DNA from: Tubiluchus corallicola
Lineage: Eukaryota > Animalia > Priapulida
Direction: 5' to 3'
Length of the DNA stretch: 64,000 nucleotides
NCBI GenBank assembly: GCA_030141605.1
Contig: JAQGDQ010000685.1
Location: forward strand, 48,914-112,913
Numbering within the stretch: the stretch's first letter is position 1; each line of letters opens with the position of its first letter. The translations under genes and the position numbers were made by a program. The notes under the pieces are model-generated. The model made no database searches. It was not told the origin of the DNA and saw only the letters and a list, made by a program, of their open reading frames with translations. Of this stretch, positions 25,326-38,800 are shown one piece after another.

Positions 25326-26423
25326 CAGTAAGTTCTCGCTAAATGGCGCTAATGCATTCCAGGAAATGCGACCCTAAGTGAAACGAAGCCAAGAATTCCA
25401 TTGAAAGTAATGTAATAGAATTGAGATACGTTATGTATGTAGTCTGTTGACTAAAACAAGTTACATGTATACACGAGGAACGAGGTATATGCCACGATTG
25501 AAACATTAGTGATTTTAGTCCAGATTGTCACTTTACGTACATTTCCTACTCAAGGTTATGGCATTAAAAACAGTGTTATGCATACAAGGTACATCAGCAT
25601 AAAAGTTGCAAAATTTCATAACATATTATATAACAATTAGTGTGCTCAAAGAAGTGAGTTAAATCAGCAAAGTTTACATTGTCGTAACAGTTTCTAATAT
25701 TTGATGTTAGGGGGCGTGTCTGTATAACGTGTTTCTCAGTTTGAATGTTCCCACAAGGACATATCCTATTTTCCCTCGACTGTCTCGCCCATCTACCCGT
25801 TTCTGTCCGCAGCCTATGTGATTGAAGACGCATTCTTGTGAAGCTTATCCGATGATGCTCAAATATTGTCGATTCAAATCGAGGAGTTTCGAGACCGTTG
25901 GAAAGACAAAACCAAATACTGATTTAATCAAATAAGTTAAACATTCTATGAGTTTTATTCGTATTTCTACTGATTAATGTCTCTTTCGTTGACGTTTAAA
26001 CCTAATCAGCAGATGAACAATAAATACTGCAGAGTCAAGCCCTGGAGAGACTTTAGGAATTTTGTCCACGTACTTAGTCTGGTTGTCACAGCAATGGGTT
26101 CCAGGCAAAATTGCTCGCTGGTCACTTTATACACAAACTGCTAGTAAATCAGTATTAGTGTCAGTAGTTAGTCAGGAAGTAAAAACATGTATAATAATTA
26201 CACTGTTTTCATTACTAGTGCGTTTTTAGAACAGAATAATGCAATGGGTGCTGTTTCAATGCATCAGATTAAGTCAGAATTTTGTTAATCGAATAAAAAT
26301 TTGCATTGAGCAAAGTAAAAAAATCGTCGTTAAAGCGAAATGTGCGTCGTTAAGTGAAACAAAAGTATCAAATGATCGGCGTCGTTAAAACGGAACGGGA
26401 TGTTGTTAAGCGAGGACTTACTG
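25326..26423. mobile_element. Tc1/pogo-like element family E (CAGTAAGT..ACTTACTG) with nested LINE fragment
   Basis: Inverted termini; homologous to 52665-56654. Confidence 0.7.
25570..25860 (-). mobile_element. LINE ORF2 C-terminal fragment (SH.L..ETGRW..R.C.C..E.H motif)
   Basis: ORF 25594-25833 RLQSHRLRTETGRWARQSRENRICPCGNIQTEKHVI. Confidence 0.75.
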
Positions 26424-26499
26424 TATTATTATTATTATAATCTTGCTTTATTTTTTCAATATTTTATCAAAGTGTGACCTACAGTCGTAATTCAGTAAT

Positions 26500-26981
26500 C
26501 AGGGATGAGAATTTTGCGCGGATACGCGGAATTCCGAGTTTTTGGAAGACCAGTAGTGCCATTTTTGTAAATCGCGTAAATTCGTTGAGAAAATTTTTAC
26601 GGACCCAGTACATTATTTCACAAACTGACTGCTAGTTGGCAGGCCGTCACTTTGTTTACATCACGTACATCAGTGTAACCACGTGTATATCTCTATGTAT
26701 AAAAATATAGAATCAATTGTGCAGAATTATTTGAGTCAATTGCAGACAGTTTTTCTATACTTTTGCATAGGAGCGGCCAGTACTTAGGCGTTTTTGAGAC
26801 AATTAGGTATCATGTATCCTTGATAGTTGGGTATTTTAAATTATACATGAAACAAGGTAATTGATATTTTAAGTCCACTTAGAGGTTCTCTATGGTCACA
26901 AAATTGCAATTTGTTGCTGGCTCCATGGGGGTCTCGCTGGCCTGTTTCAGAGTTTTTTGCAATTTGTCATTCTCATCCCTG
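26500..26981. mobile_element. hAT-like MITE family B, 6-bp TSD agtaat
   Basis: TIRs plus TSD. Confidence 0.9.
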
Positions 26982-27139
26982 AGTAATTTCCAGTATAGAT
27001 TTTTCTCTTTCTTTGTTGCGTACCTTGTCATCATGACTCGTGGTTTTAGTGCAAATGAATCTGACTTTTTCCAGTTTTCTTGGTGAACATGCAATTTACA
27101 CAGAAAGGCAAAGCCATAATCCAAGGTTCTTTGTGACCA

Positions 27140-27905
27140 GTATATGCATGTTCCATGTATTATACATTCAAACTCAATGAGCAACATATGCATGTTCCAT
27201 GTATTATACATTCAAACTCAATGAGCAACATATGCATGTTCCATGTATTATACATTCAAACTCAATGAGCAACATATGCATGTTCCATGTATTATACATT
27301 CAAACTCAATGAGCAACATATGCATGTTCCATGTATTATGCATTCATACTCAATGAGCAACATATGCATGTTCCATGTATTATACATTCAAACTCAATGA
27401 GCAACATATGCATGTTCCATGTATTATGCATTCATACTCAATGAACAACATATGCATGTTCCATGTATTATGCATTCAAACTCAATGAGCAACATATGCA
27501 TGTTCCATGTGTTACACGTTCAAACTCAATGAGCAACATATGCATGTTCCATGTGTTACACATTCAAACTCAATGAGTAACTTATGCATGTTCCATGTAT
27601 TATACATTCAAACTCAATGAACAACATATGCATGTTCCATGTATTATACATTCACATTCAATGAGCAACATATGCATGTTCCATGTATTATACATTCAAA
27701 CTCAATGAGTAACTTATGCATGTTCCATGTATTATACATTCAAACTCAATGAACAACACATGCATGTTCCATGTATTATACATTCACATTCAATGAGCAA
27801 CATATGCATGTTCCATGTATTATACATTCAAACTCAATGAACAACATATGCATGTTCCATGTGTTACACATTCAAACTCAATGAGCAACATATGTATGTT
27901 CCATA
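27140..27905. repeat. 44-bp minisatellite, ~17 copies
   Basis: Unit catatgcatgttccatgtattatacattcaaactcaatgagcaa. Confidence 0.97.
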
Positions 27906-28988
27906 TAGATTATGTTTAGGTTCACTAGTTAAAATATAACCAACGCAGAGACTGTTTTATATGCAGAGGTCATGTAATTGCCATTTTACCATAGAACTGA
28001 CATTAATAGAAATGTACGTAATGGATAGCACAAAACACGGATAGTACAAACGAGTCCCATGAAAATCGTATCATTTAAACAAAGTTACTTACAACTTCCA
28101 CTTGAAATTTTACCTTTAGTATTATTTATTGATATGCTGTGTGCATGAGATGATATGTTTTATTGTAGATGGAGATTAGCAGCACTTATGGACTGAACTG
28201 TTGCTATTTCTACACAGACAAAATTTCGATGATACCGGTAGTATCTTCCTGCACAGGTGTCACACTTCCCACAGACTGAACCTGTGTGGTGTGGAGCCGC
28301 GGAACTCGTACGTTTCACACTCCGTGTATATTTAGATGTGTGGTTTCATAGGTTTTCCAACACATAGAATTCTAGAGGCAAGTCAGGCAGCAGAGCAACA
28401 CCATTCAGTGAATAATTGCACAGTTATTCTGTGTATTTCACGATCTCAATAGCGGCTCATTACGTTTTAAAATCATTAACAGTCCGAGCACACCCTGATA
28501 ATTATGTAAATCTTCTTGGTTACTGACCTTTAAATATTGGAAACATTTGGATGCAGTCTTAAAAAATTTCATTTTGTTTTAATACATGCAACATCCCATT
28601 GTTAAAATTTTTGGAAGGGTTGTTTCAAAAACCTTCTGCTAAAAAGTCATTTCACGCTACATTTAAAATAAAGTGTAATTTGATTGGATTAGACTGCAAT
28701 TTTACTGGAATTGTTTAAACAGGTACACTGGGATCATGAACAACAGGGTTTAATCACAAGTTGATTTAATCTTATAATTGTTTTGCTACCAATATATGAA
28801 GTTATATCATATTTCTTATGATTTTTAATACTGCGGTTGTCTTCACATGAGATGCTTTGATATAGGTTCTTTTTTTATACCTGTTAACTAATCACTTTGT
28901 AACATCATACGATTTCAGTTGTTCGTGTATGTATTGTTTCAATTTTCTGTGTACTAGTAAATGTAGTTTAAACCAAGTTGACTTAATA

Positions 28989-29306
28989 CAGTCGACCCTC
29001 GTTAAACCGGACCCCGTTAGCCCGGATATCGGATAAGACGGACGTCATCCGTGGTAAAGCAAACTGACCGATTTCCGTCCGAGCCGGAGCGCTAAACACA
29101 ACACGGCCTACCAACTGTACAATAATTTCTTTATCCTCACAGGTTAACTATTTTAAAGTAATATACAGTATAGTATATAGTGCAATGTATATAGGCCTTA
29201 TTAAGGTGATTATTCCTGTATAATATAGACCATATATAGGCATATCGGATAAACCGGACCACCAGCACCCCCCCCCCAATTAGTCCGGTTAAACGAAAGT
29301 TGACTG
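28989..29306. mobile_element. Tc1/pogo-like MITE family C
   Basis: TA|CAGTCGACCCTCGTTAAACCGGAC...GTCCGGTTAAACGAAAGTTGACTG|TA; second copy at 39570. Confidence 0.85.
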
Positions 29307-29677
29307 TACACAGTGAATAGCTATTTACATTTATACGTTAACGTAATAACATCAACGGGTATTAGAATTTGAAAAAATATATTTTTATATTATAGCACTC
29401 TTAGTTTTATTAAATTGTAAAGCTTGTTAAGTTCACACATTTTTATATATTTTAGAATTTGTAATTCAGAAGACGGAAATATGCAGATGATCGATATATA
29501 GGCAGTTATTAGTGTTTTTAGTCAAGGTGTATGACTAGCACTGGTTCACAATAAACTCGAGCAACTTGTTTAGAATGAGAAATACGCGTGTCATACGTTT
29601 TTGAAGATTTTCTTGAGCGGTAGAATTTCCCTAGTAAAAGATAATATATGAGACTGGCATCACAGATGTAGTAGTAG

Positions 29678-30860
29678 CGCAGCTGACAAACAAGCGTGGC
29701 TGACAAACAAGCGCGGCTGACAAACAAGCGCGGCTGACAAACAAGCGCGGCTGACAAACAAGCGCGGCTGACAAACAAGCGCGGCTGACAAACAAGCGCG
29801 GCTGACAAACAAGCGCGGCTGACAAACAAGCGCGGCTGACAAACAAGCGCGGCTGACAAACAAGCGCGGCTGACAAACAAGCGCGGCTGACAAACAAGCG
29901 CGGCTGACAAACAAGCGCGGCTGACAAACAAGCGCGGCTGACAAACAAGCGCGGCTGACAAACAAGCGCGGCTGACAAACAAGCGCGGCTGACAAACAAG
30001 CGCGGCTGACAAACAAGCGCGGCTGACAAACAAGCGCGGCTAAACAAACAAGCGCGGCTGACAAACAAGCGCGGCTGACAAACAAGCGCGGCTGACAAAC
30101 AAGCGCGGCTGACAAACAAGCGCGGCTGACAAACAAGCGCGGCTGACAAACAAGCGCAGCTGACAAACAAGCGTGGCTGACAAACAAGCGCGGCTGACAA
30201 ACAAGCGCGGCTGACAAACAAGCGCGGCTGACAAACAAGCGCGGCTGACAAACAAGCGCGGCTGACAAACAAGCGCGGCTGACAAACAAGCGCGGCTGAC
30301 AAACAAGCGCGGCTGACAAACAAGCGCGGCTGACAAACAAGCGCGGCTGACAAACAAGCGCGGCTGACAAACAAGCGCGGCTGACAAACAAGCGCGGCTG
30401 ACAAACAAGCGCGGCTGACAAACAAGCGCGGCTGACAAACAAGCGTAGCTGACAAACAAGCGTAGCTGACAAACAAGCGTGGCTGACAAACAAGCGTGGC
30501 TGACAAACAAGCGTAGCTAAACAAACAAGCGTAGCTGACAAACAAGCGTGGCTGACAAACAAGCGTGGCTGACAAACAAGCGTAGCTAAACAAACAAGCG
30601 TAGCTGACAAACAAGCGTAGCTGACAAACAAGCATAGCTGACAAACAAGCGTGGCTGACAAACAAGCGTGGCTGACAAACAAGCGTGGCTGACAAACAAG
30701 CGTGGCTGACAAACAAGCGTAGCTAAACAAACAAGCGTAGCTGACAAACAAGCGTAGCTGACAAACAAGCGTGGCTGACAAACAAGCGTAGCTAAACAAA
30801 CAAGCGTAGCTGACAAACAAGCGTAGCTGACAAACAAGCATGGCTGACAAACAAGCGTAG
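29678..30860. repeat. 17-bp minisatellite (GCTGACAAACAAGCGCG), ~69 copies
   Basis: Direct periodicity. Confidence 0.97.
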
Positions 30861-31026
30861 TGCAAATTATGTTTAATTTGTATCGTTTTGAAGATTTTCA
30901 GTTCGGTGATTAAAACACGTCGGTTTGATTCTTTACAAAGCAAAGTACAGTTGAATATAGTTAAAAGAAAGCAATGGGTCACACTTTACTTTTGATCACA
31001 TAAACTAGAAACACTATAATGAGCAA

Positions 31027-31402
31027 GAATTTTCACAGATTCATTTCACACATGTGAGTTGTAGGTCAGAGATTAAGTGTATGACAGCAATGCGTTTTAA
31101 TTACAATTGTCAGGTCATGTATGGATAAAGCAAAGCCATCTGCCGCATCAGTTACTTCAGTTGTTTTATGTGGAGTTTATTTGTTTATTCATTAGTCTGT
31201 GTGTAGAGTGATTTACTAGCAGGATCTTGCTTGGGAACAAAGAAAAAATGAACTAGGTAAGTTCTAATAGCTGTTAAAACTGTTAGTATCACAGCAGCTA
31301 GTTCTGCGACGCATTGTCAACTGCACACAAATGCGTTGTCCAGTACACTTAACCATTTACCTTTTCCTGATCATCATCAATTGCTGGAACTGTGAAAAGG
31401 CT
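31027..31402. mobile_element. MITE family A, copy 4
   Basis: ttttcacagattc...ggaactgtgaaaaggct; homologous to the other copies. Confidence 0.8.
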
Positions 31403-31859
31403 TATTGCAACAGGCTTGACCACTGCCCACTTTACAACTAGTGTAAGAAAACTGAATGCAGCGTGAACCGTAGGACACATTTGCCCATTCCACGTAACAC
31501 CATAAACCAGTAACGACTAGCTAGACACATCATTACAGCTGTTCACAATTTCAATAAAAGCACAAGACTTACCGACCTGAAACTTATTACACGACCGTCG
31601 TCTTCAAGGGGATTACTTACGCACATTTACAAAATTTGACTTGACCAACAAACGAAAATGTACTCAAGTACTTAAAAATGCGATTTCTAAATTTTGATTT
31701 GATATGCAACAAATAAGTATTGTTATAATCAATTACACGAAACAATTACACTAATGCAAAATAAGACAGACTAGTACTGTAGTTGGCAGTCGTACAATGT
31801 TGATAATATTCTAATCAAATTACATGAAACATTTGCATGTCCACAACTAGGCATATCAT

Positions 31860-32312
31860 ATACCATCGTCCAATGAATCACACGTCCAGTGACGTGATTC
31901 TGTTCACCTCCCCATGCCAGGACTCCCTACATGCTGCAATGCCCCAAGTGGATTTATTTCTAAGGATCAATGCTGAAGTGTTTAAATCTTTCTGTGCAAA
32001 ATCTAAGTATGTTAACATCTGTCCTCCTGCAGGTTTTTTAGCTGGTTCTATGGCTTGTTGAAGAGCTATCTTCACTGGAATATCATCAGGTAGTCTAAGC
32101 ATATGCCCAATCCATCTTAAACGGTGTCTTTTTATTTTTCTTGTCCAAGGTTCTTCTTTTATTTTTTCATATAGATCTTTGTATGAAATTTTCTTTGGCC
32201 ATCTGATACCCAAAATGTTTCTGTAATTTTGCCTTTGAAACACATCTATTTCAGCTTTATGATTTGTTTTTAATGTCCAGAGCTCAGAGTTGTACAGAAA
32301 TACAGTTTCAAC
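31860..32312 (-). mobile_element. RTE-clade LINE 3' fragment, copy 2
   Basis: ORF 31878-32336 is nearly identical to 651-1028. Confidence 0.85.
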
Positions 32313-32371
32313 TAATACAATCATACACCAGCACATCAGAAACTGCTTCTTTAGTGCTTCGTTCCTAAAAC

Positions 32372-32635
32372 ACTGAATCTAGTTAATTTAAACCTGTTTT
32401 TTTCTGAACACATTAAGCAACTGCAGCAAACAGGCCAATACTGTAATATTTACATTACTAAACTAAATTTTCTTCACTCGCTGGTGCACTGATCGAGTTT
32501 GCACTGAATCTAGTTAATTTAAACCTGTTTTTTTTCTGAACACATTAAGCAACTGCAGCAAACGGGTCAATACTGTAATATTTACATTACTAAACTAAAT
32601 TTTGTTTGCTCGCTGGTGCACTGACTGAGTTTACA
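32372..32635. repeat. ~131-bp tandem duplication downstream of the PPP6C stop
   Basis: actgaatctagttaatttaaacctg...gctggtgcactga occurs twice. Confidence 0.85.
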
Positions 32636-32804
32636 CTGTTACAATAACCATCACAGTGGAATGTTAACAACTTAAGACAATGTCATCGTTGAATGGTCAT
32701 AGCTGTCGCTACACATTGTAACATAGACACTCAACACGGTAGTTGCATCTTGGATTTCATGGCTGGTCATAACCGCAATTTTTCATCATCAACAGCCCAG
32801 CAAA

Positions 32805-35800
32805 TCATAGGAAATAAGGCGTTGTGATCTGAGGCGGGATGACCCGTTGAGAATCCGGAACGGCGCGGAAAAGTTTCGGTTCTTTAGTTTGTGCATCGGA
32901 GAATGCCAGTATGGAAGCTACGTTTCCACAACGATAGCAGTAATTAGGAGCAGACCACACGGTAACGAGTTTTTCTTCAAACATGAACTTGTACCCTGAA
33001 ATGTGAAGTAGAAGCCTGTGATGATATGGAAAATAAAACACACTGAATAAAACGTTAGTCTGAATCAAAGACCACACGGTAACGAGTTTTTCTTCAAACA
33101 TGAACTTGTACCCTGAAAAAGTGAAGTAGAAGCCTGTGATGATATGGAAAATAAAACACACTGAATAAAACGTTAGTCTGAATCAAAGACCACACGGTAA
33201 CGAGTTTTTCTTCAAACATGAACTTGTACCATGAAATGTGAAGTAGAAGCCTGTGATGATATGGAAAATAAAACACACTGAATAAAACGTTAGTCTGAAT
33301 CAAAGACCATGTGGTAACGAGTTTTTTTCTTCAAACATGAACTTGTACCCTGAAATGTGAAGTAGAAGCCTGTGATGATATGGAAAATAAAACACACTGA
33401 ATAAAACGTTAGTCTGAATCAAAGACCATGTGGTAACGAGTTTTTTTCTTCAAACATGAACTTGTACCCTGAAATGTGAAGTAGAAGCCTGTGATGATAT
33501 GGAAAATAAAACGCACTGAATAAAACGTTAGTCTGAATCAAAGACCACACGGTAACGAGTTTTTCTTCAAACATGAACTTGTACCCTGAAATGTGAAGTA
33601 GAAGCCTGTGATGATATGGAAAATAAAATTCATTGAATAAAACGTTAGTCTGAATCAAAGAAACGTGAGGTAAGAAGTGAATAGCTAAGCAGTTAGAATG
33701 TGTGATTGAATTTAAGCATTACCGAACCTGGTCGGTAATCGAATGGGCGAACGCCAGGTTCAATATATTGTATGGTAGTGTGATTGAATTTAAGCATTAC
33801 CGAACCTGGTCGGTAATCGAATGGGCGAACGCCAGGTTCAATATATTGTATGGTAGTTCTCGAAGCACAATAATACGATTTACAGATTTCGAGTTACGCG
33901 ATGTTTGGTAAACAGAAAATCTGCTCCACGAGATCTGTTCAGAGGTACAAAAGAGCGTTCGAGTTAGAGCGGGTCGAGTTATACATAGTTTACACTATGT
34001 AGAAAAAAACAAATAAATTTCTATACCTTCATGAACAAGCTGGTGAGCTCGGCATATCAGCTTGAGGTTATTCGTGTTAATAAACTCAGTGACTACTTTG
34101 TTCCCGAATAGCCATCCGGCCCCGCGCGGAGACGTCGACCAAGTGTCCACTTCCTCGGGGTCCGACCATACCAAATGTGAGTAGGAGTTAAGGAAGTAAG
34201 TCAATATCATTAAGCTTAGAAGTTGCTAACTAACCATTAAAACCTCCACGTTCGTGTATTTAACCAGTAAAAATTTGTGTCAGTTGTAAAAGTGAAGCAA
34301 ATCCCAATGGCGTGCAGATCTGTTCCGCATATTTGACGAATTTTAGAATCCGTTATAGAAATTAAAATGAAAAATTCTATACCGCCAGATAAGTTAAAAT
34401 TTATATCAGTTCTACTTCAACGTTTTCTAAAATCAGAAAGGAGCTGCAGAAGCCATAGTCTCTCAACTTTTTCTCTTAAAGGGAGATCAAGGAGCTGCAG
34501 AAGGTATAGCCTTTCAACCTTTTCTCTTAAAGGGAGATCAAGGAGCTGCAGAAGCCATAGCCTCTCAACTTTTTCTCTTAAAGGGAGATCAAGGAGCTGC
34601 AGAAGCCATAGCCTCTCAACTTTTTCTCTTAAAGGGAGATCAAGGAGCTGCAGAAGCCATAGCCTCTCAACTTTTTCTCTTAAAGGGGAGATCAAGGAGC
34701 TGCAGAAGCCATAGCCTCTCAACCTTTTCTCTTAAAGGGAGATCAAGGAGCTGCAGAAGCCATAGCCTCTCAACTTTTTCTCTTAAAGGGAGATCAAGGA
34801 GCTGCAGAAGCCATAGCCTCTCAACCTTTTCTCTTAAAGGGAGATCAAGGAGCTGCAGAAGCCATAGCCTCTCAATCTTTTCTCTTAAAGGAAAATCAAG
34901 GCGCTGCAGAAGCCATAGCCTCTCAATTTTTTTCTCTTAAAGGGGAGATCAAGGAGCTGCAGAAGCCATAGGCTCTCAACTTTTTCTGTTAAAGGGAGAT
35001 CAAGGAGCTGCAGAAGCCATAGCCTCTCAACCTTTTCTCTTAAAGGGAGATCAAGGAGGTGCAGAAGCCATAGCCTCTCAACTTTTTCCCTTAAAGGAAG
35101 ATCAAGGAGGTGCAGAAGCCATAGCCTCTCAACTTTTTCTCTTAAAGGAAGATCAAGGAGGTGCAGAAGCCATAGCCTCTCAATCTTTTCTCTTAGAGGG
35201 AGATCAAGGAGCTGCAAAAGCCATAGCCTCTCAACTTTTTCTCTTAAAGGGAGATCAATGAGCTGCAGAAGCCATAGCCTCTCAACCTTTTCTCTTAAAG
35301 GAAGATCAAGGAGCTGCAGAAGCCATAGCCTCTCAACTTTTTCTCTTAAAAGGAGATCATAGTTGTCAATGTTTAAAAATTTATTAGCAAATGTGCCAGA
35401 ATAAGTGATTTTTGCAAAAAGGATATCACAAAAAGCCCCCTGGTGTGGAATTTCTATGCACCGGTCAATTGTCCGAATTTGATCTAAAGTTTTGATCTCA
35501 GGTGACAGACCTCCATGGACACAGAGTATCTGTTCATCTATGATCTGCAAGAAAAATTAACTCTCATTGACGAAAAAAGTCAAAACAGGACGTCATTGGC
35601 ACATATTTAGTTACGTTTATTTTGCAGAGAATGTGTTCTACAGTTTCTTTAAAGCTAATATTACACTCATATCCCGGTTTGCCGGACAAAACCAGGGAGA
35701 TGTCGGTTTGAATTTGCCATTGTCCATATTTTCCGATACTAAGCTAATATAGTAGGCGCTGTTTATTAGACTCACGGTAATGTAGAATCAATCGTTTAAT

Positions 35801-38800
35801 TGTCTCAAAAACGTCTAGTGCTGGCCGCTCCTATGCAAATACTATATAAAAACTGTCGGCAATTGACTCAAATAACTTCACATAATTGACTCTATATCAC
35901 TTACCTCTATACACGCTGATTAAACCATTAAACACCAAACATACAATGTACACGTGTCGTAGCACGCTGCTTGGATGTGAACAAAGTGAGAAACAGCCAA
36001 CTAGCGGTCACCTCACAAAATAACAAACTGTGTCTGCAGTATATGGGGACTTTTAGCGGACCAGATTTCGTCTGAATTTTCCAACATCCGTAAAAGAAAG
36101 GTCCGGCTAACCGAGATACGAGTGTACTGCAAATACTACACGACGAATTTATTACACAAAAGTAATTTCTGATATTTCGTATAAATAAAGATATTTTAAA
36201 ACATTCAGATCGTTCCTCTAAGGCTGTATAGCATTAAAGTCATTTTTCCTACATTAATAACACGACTTACAGCAGCGACTGTGAGAAGATCAAACACACG
36301 ACAACAGTACCTCCAAGCATTCGCATTACCATATTTATTCTGGCATTCATCTGAAAAAATATAAAATTTAATTTCTCAGTCACAATCAAACCCAACCACT
36401 TACAATTGTCATACACTTTATGCAACGCAACAACTTGCTAAAATCGTAAGTAACTTCAGTTACAGGAAACTTAGTTTAGACTAGGGCTGAGATGGTTACG
36501 TTTTTTAACTAACCATATAAAGATGACATCACACATTCATTCTCTCATTCTTTGAAAGAGTAAGCAGTGCGGTTCAATTATAGCATGTGCCGGCGAGAAT
36601 GTCCAACATGGCGGCATCCTCGTAACATAGTCAAGTGAAAATTTTTTTGCAATTTACCATTAAGATGCTTCTTAGGCAACCAGATTAATTGAAACAATGT
36701 TGTAAATAGTAGAATTGTATGTAAGCGGGACATTGCTAACTGCGAAAGGGCCAACTTTGAAAAGATACAAGGATTCATTGGTGCGGATAAACTTGGGTAA
36801 GTATTGGTGGAAAAGTTAGTGATTTTCTAGATGGTTACACCAGTCAGTGATTTTCTAGATGGTTACACCAGTCAGTGATTTTCTAGATGGTTACACCAGT
36901 CAGTGATCAGTTAAACGGTTAACCCTCTCAGCCCTAGTTTAAAGTAAAAGTATCTTGACGATAAATAACGTACATTTTATGAACTTACCGTAAAAACCAT
37001 AGACCTGGGTAATTTGCCTACTTTCATGATTACCTCGTAACAGAGTGATACGATCCGGCCATCTGAAATAATCACAAAAAATCTTGTATCCATAAGAACT
37101 TCAGAATTTCCGACATTATGGTGAACTAATTAAACGTAGATCAAGAAACATAAATTAGCACACACAATTAATCAGAGTGAAAAGCTTTGTAAACTGCAGT
37201 TTTTTTAATGGAAATTAGTTCTGATAAGTTATTTTGCAGTCAATTGAATCTTTCATCATTTAATAAAAAATGTTTTAAATCGGCAATAAATAATTCTTAA
37301 AGTGTGAAAAGGGCTTTAGTCAATAGATGTAGCAACATAAACCAAACTCCAGTGGCACAAACACTTTATTATTGACTGTCTTTTCTGTACACTACGTTGT
37401 AACTCCTAGATTAAAACTGTAACAACTCAAATCAGTTGAAACTGGTTAACCTTGGGTAATGCATATCAGAAACCAGTCAGGTGACAAAATGATTCACTGT
37501 AGTCTAACTTGCTGTAAAGTTGTAATGTTGCTAAAGTTTATAAAGTTTATAGTGTTCATAAAAAAACTCGTGAATCAGTTCACAACATAAAGGAAGGCTG
37601 GTTGATTTTTCATGACTACCCAATTTTCAAGTATGTTATTAAATCTGTTACTTAAATCTGTTATTTGCTTTTTACCATACATTTTAACACCAATAACACT
37701 GGAAAACTGTTTGTGATACTGAAATAACGGATTAAATTTTAAAATTTAACAGCAGGCGAACCAATTATTGATGACATCACAAACGAACAGCAGAAATATT
37801 CCATGAGTGTGCTGCACATGTTTGCGAAAGCGAAAATTGAGGCACAGTAAGATATTCGGTGTGTTGTACCGAAATCAGACAAGTTTTAAGATAAAATTTC
37901 AAATTTAGCATTGTGCTCATGCCTGAGCTGTCGAACGTGTGCAGTTCACCACAAATGGACACATCTGAACTGAGACGTACAGCACCCGTTTTTTTTGCAA
38001 TGTGTTTCCGAAATGCGGGCGCTGGCGCCCGTCTGACTAGCCAATGCCGAAATGCACGTAAATGTGAAAAACTAGAGGCGCGAATGCGAAAATGAATTTG
38101 TGTGGTAATAATTCTTTTACGTAAGTCATTCTTGAAGAACGTTTTGACCTACAGTTTACGATTGGGGCCGGTTTTGCTTTAATGCTTATTCATTTTACAC
38201 ATACAAAATGTGGTTCACAAAAACTACTAAGAATGCAGTGAAATTTAGAACTTCAGTAAGTTTCTCACAGAATGCCATGCGAAACAAAAACATACTTTGC
38301 TTTAAGTGTCAAAAGTCGTGTAAATGTTTCCAAGCTGTAGTAACCTCTATCAACAAAGTCACCCTGCAAGGTAAACACAGTAAACATTAGTAAGTTTAAA
38401 TTAATCTGAAAATATTCATTAATCGCTTTCACGTGTAATTTTCTTAGCTTAATACGAATGAAAATATGACATCACAACAGACTAATATAATTTTCAACAT
38501 TGTACTAAATTCCTGGGATGCCCACACTGCATCTCGACACTAGGTGGAGGAGCTGCACAAGCAGCCAACGGCTAGAGGGCGGAGGAGGTCAAGTGACCCA
38601 ACGGCCATGTGTAGAGGAGTAAACCTTCCAAATCAGGAGTGGAGCCCCGAAGGCGAACCAGTGCAGCATGCTCACTGACTCCGGCAGCTCCTGCAGCCAA
38701 CCTGGTGCCAAACGTATCGCTCTGCTTTCCTTTGGACTACACCAGGGAGGAAGAGAGGGGGTTCCTGTTGTCTGGGCAACTCAGGATCTCCATACACCTT

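Noticed and set aside
29518-30982. Long ORFs up to 440 aa (FVSRACLSAALVCQPRL)n
   Set aside because: Artefact of a stop-free 17-bp repeat; the same peptide appears in all three frames.
34885-35550. 221-aa ORF fusing PP6 sequence to [17 protein letters not shown] repeats
   Set aside because: Read-through from exon 7 into the AT-AC intron and its 51-bp array.
38600-38670. HDV-like ribozyme in the SINE-like element (CCCGAAGG-CGAA)
   Set aside because: I could not build P1/P2 pairings by eye, and the second copy has CTGA in place of CGAA.
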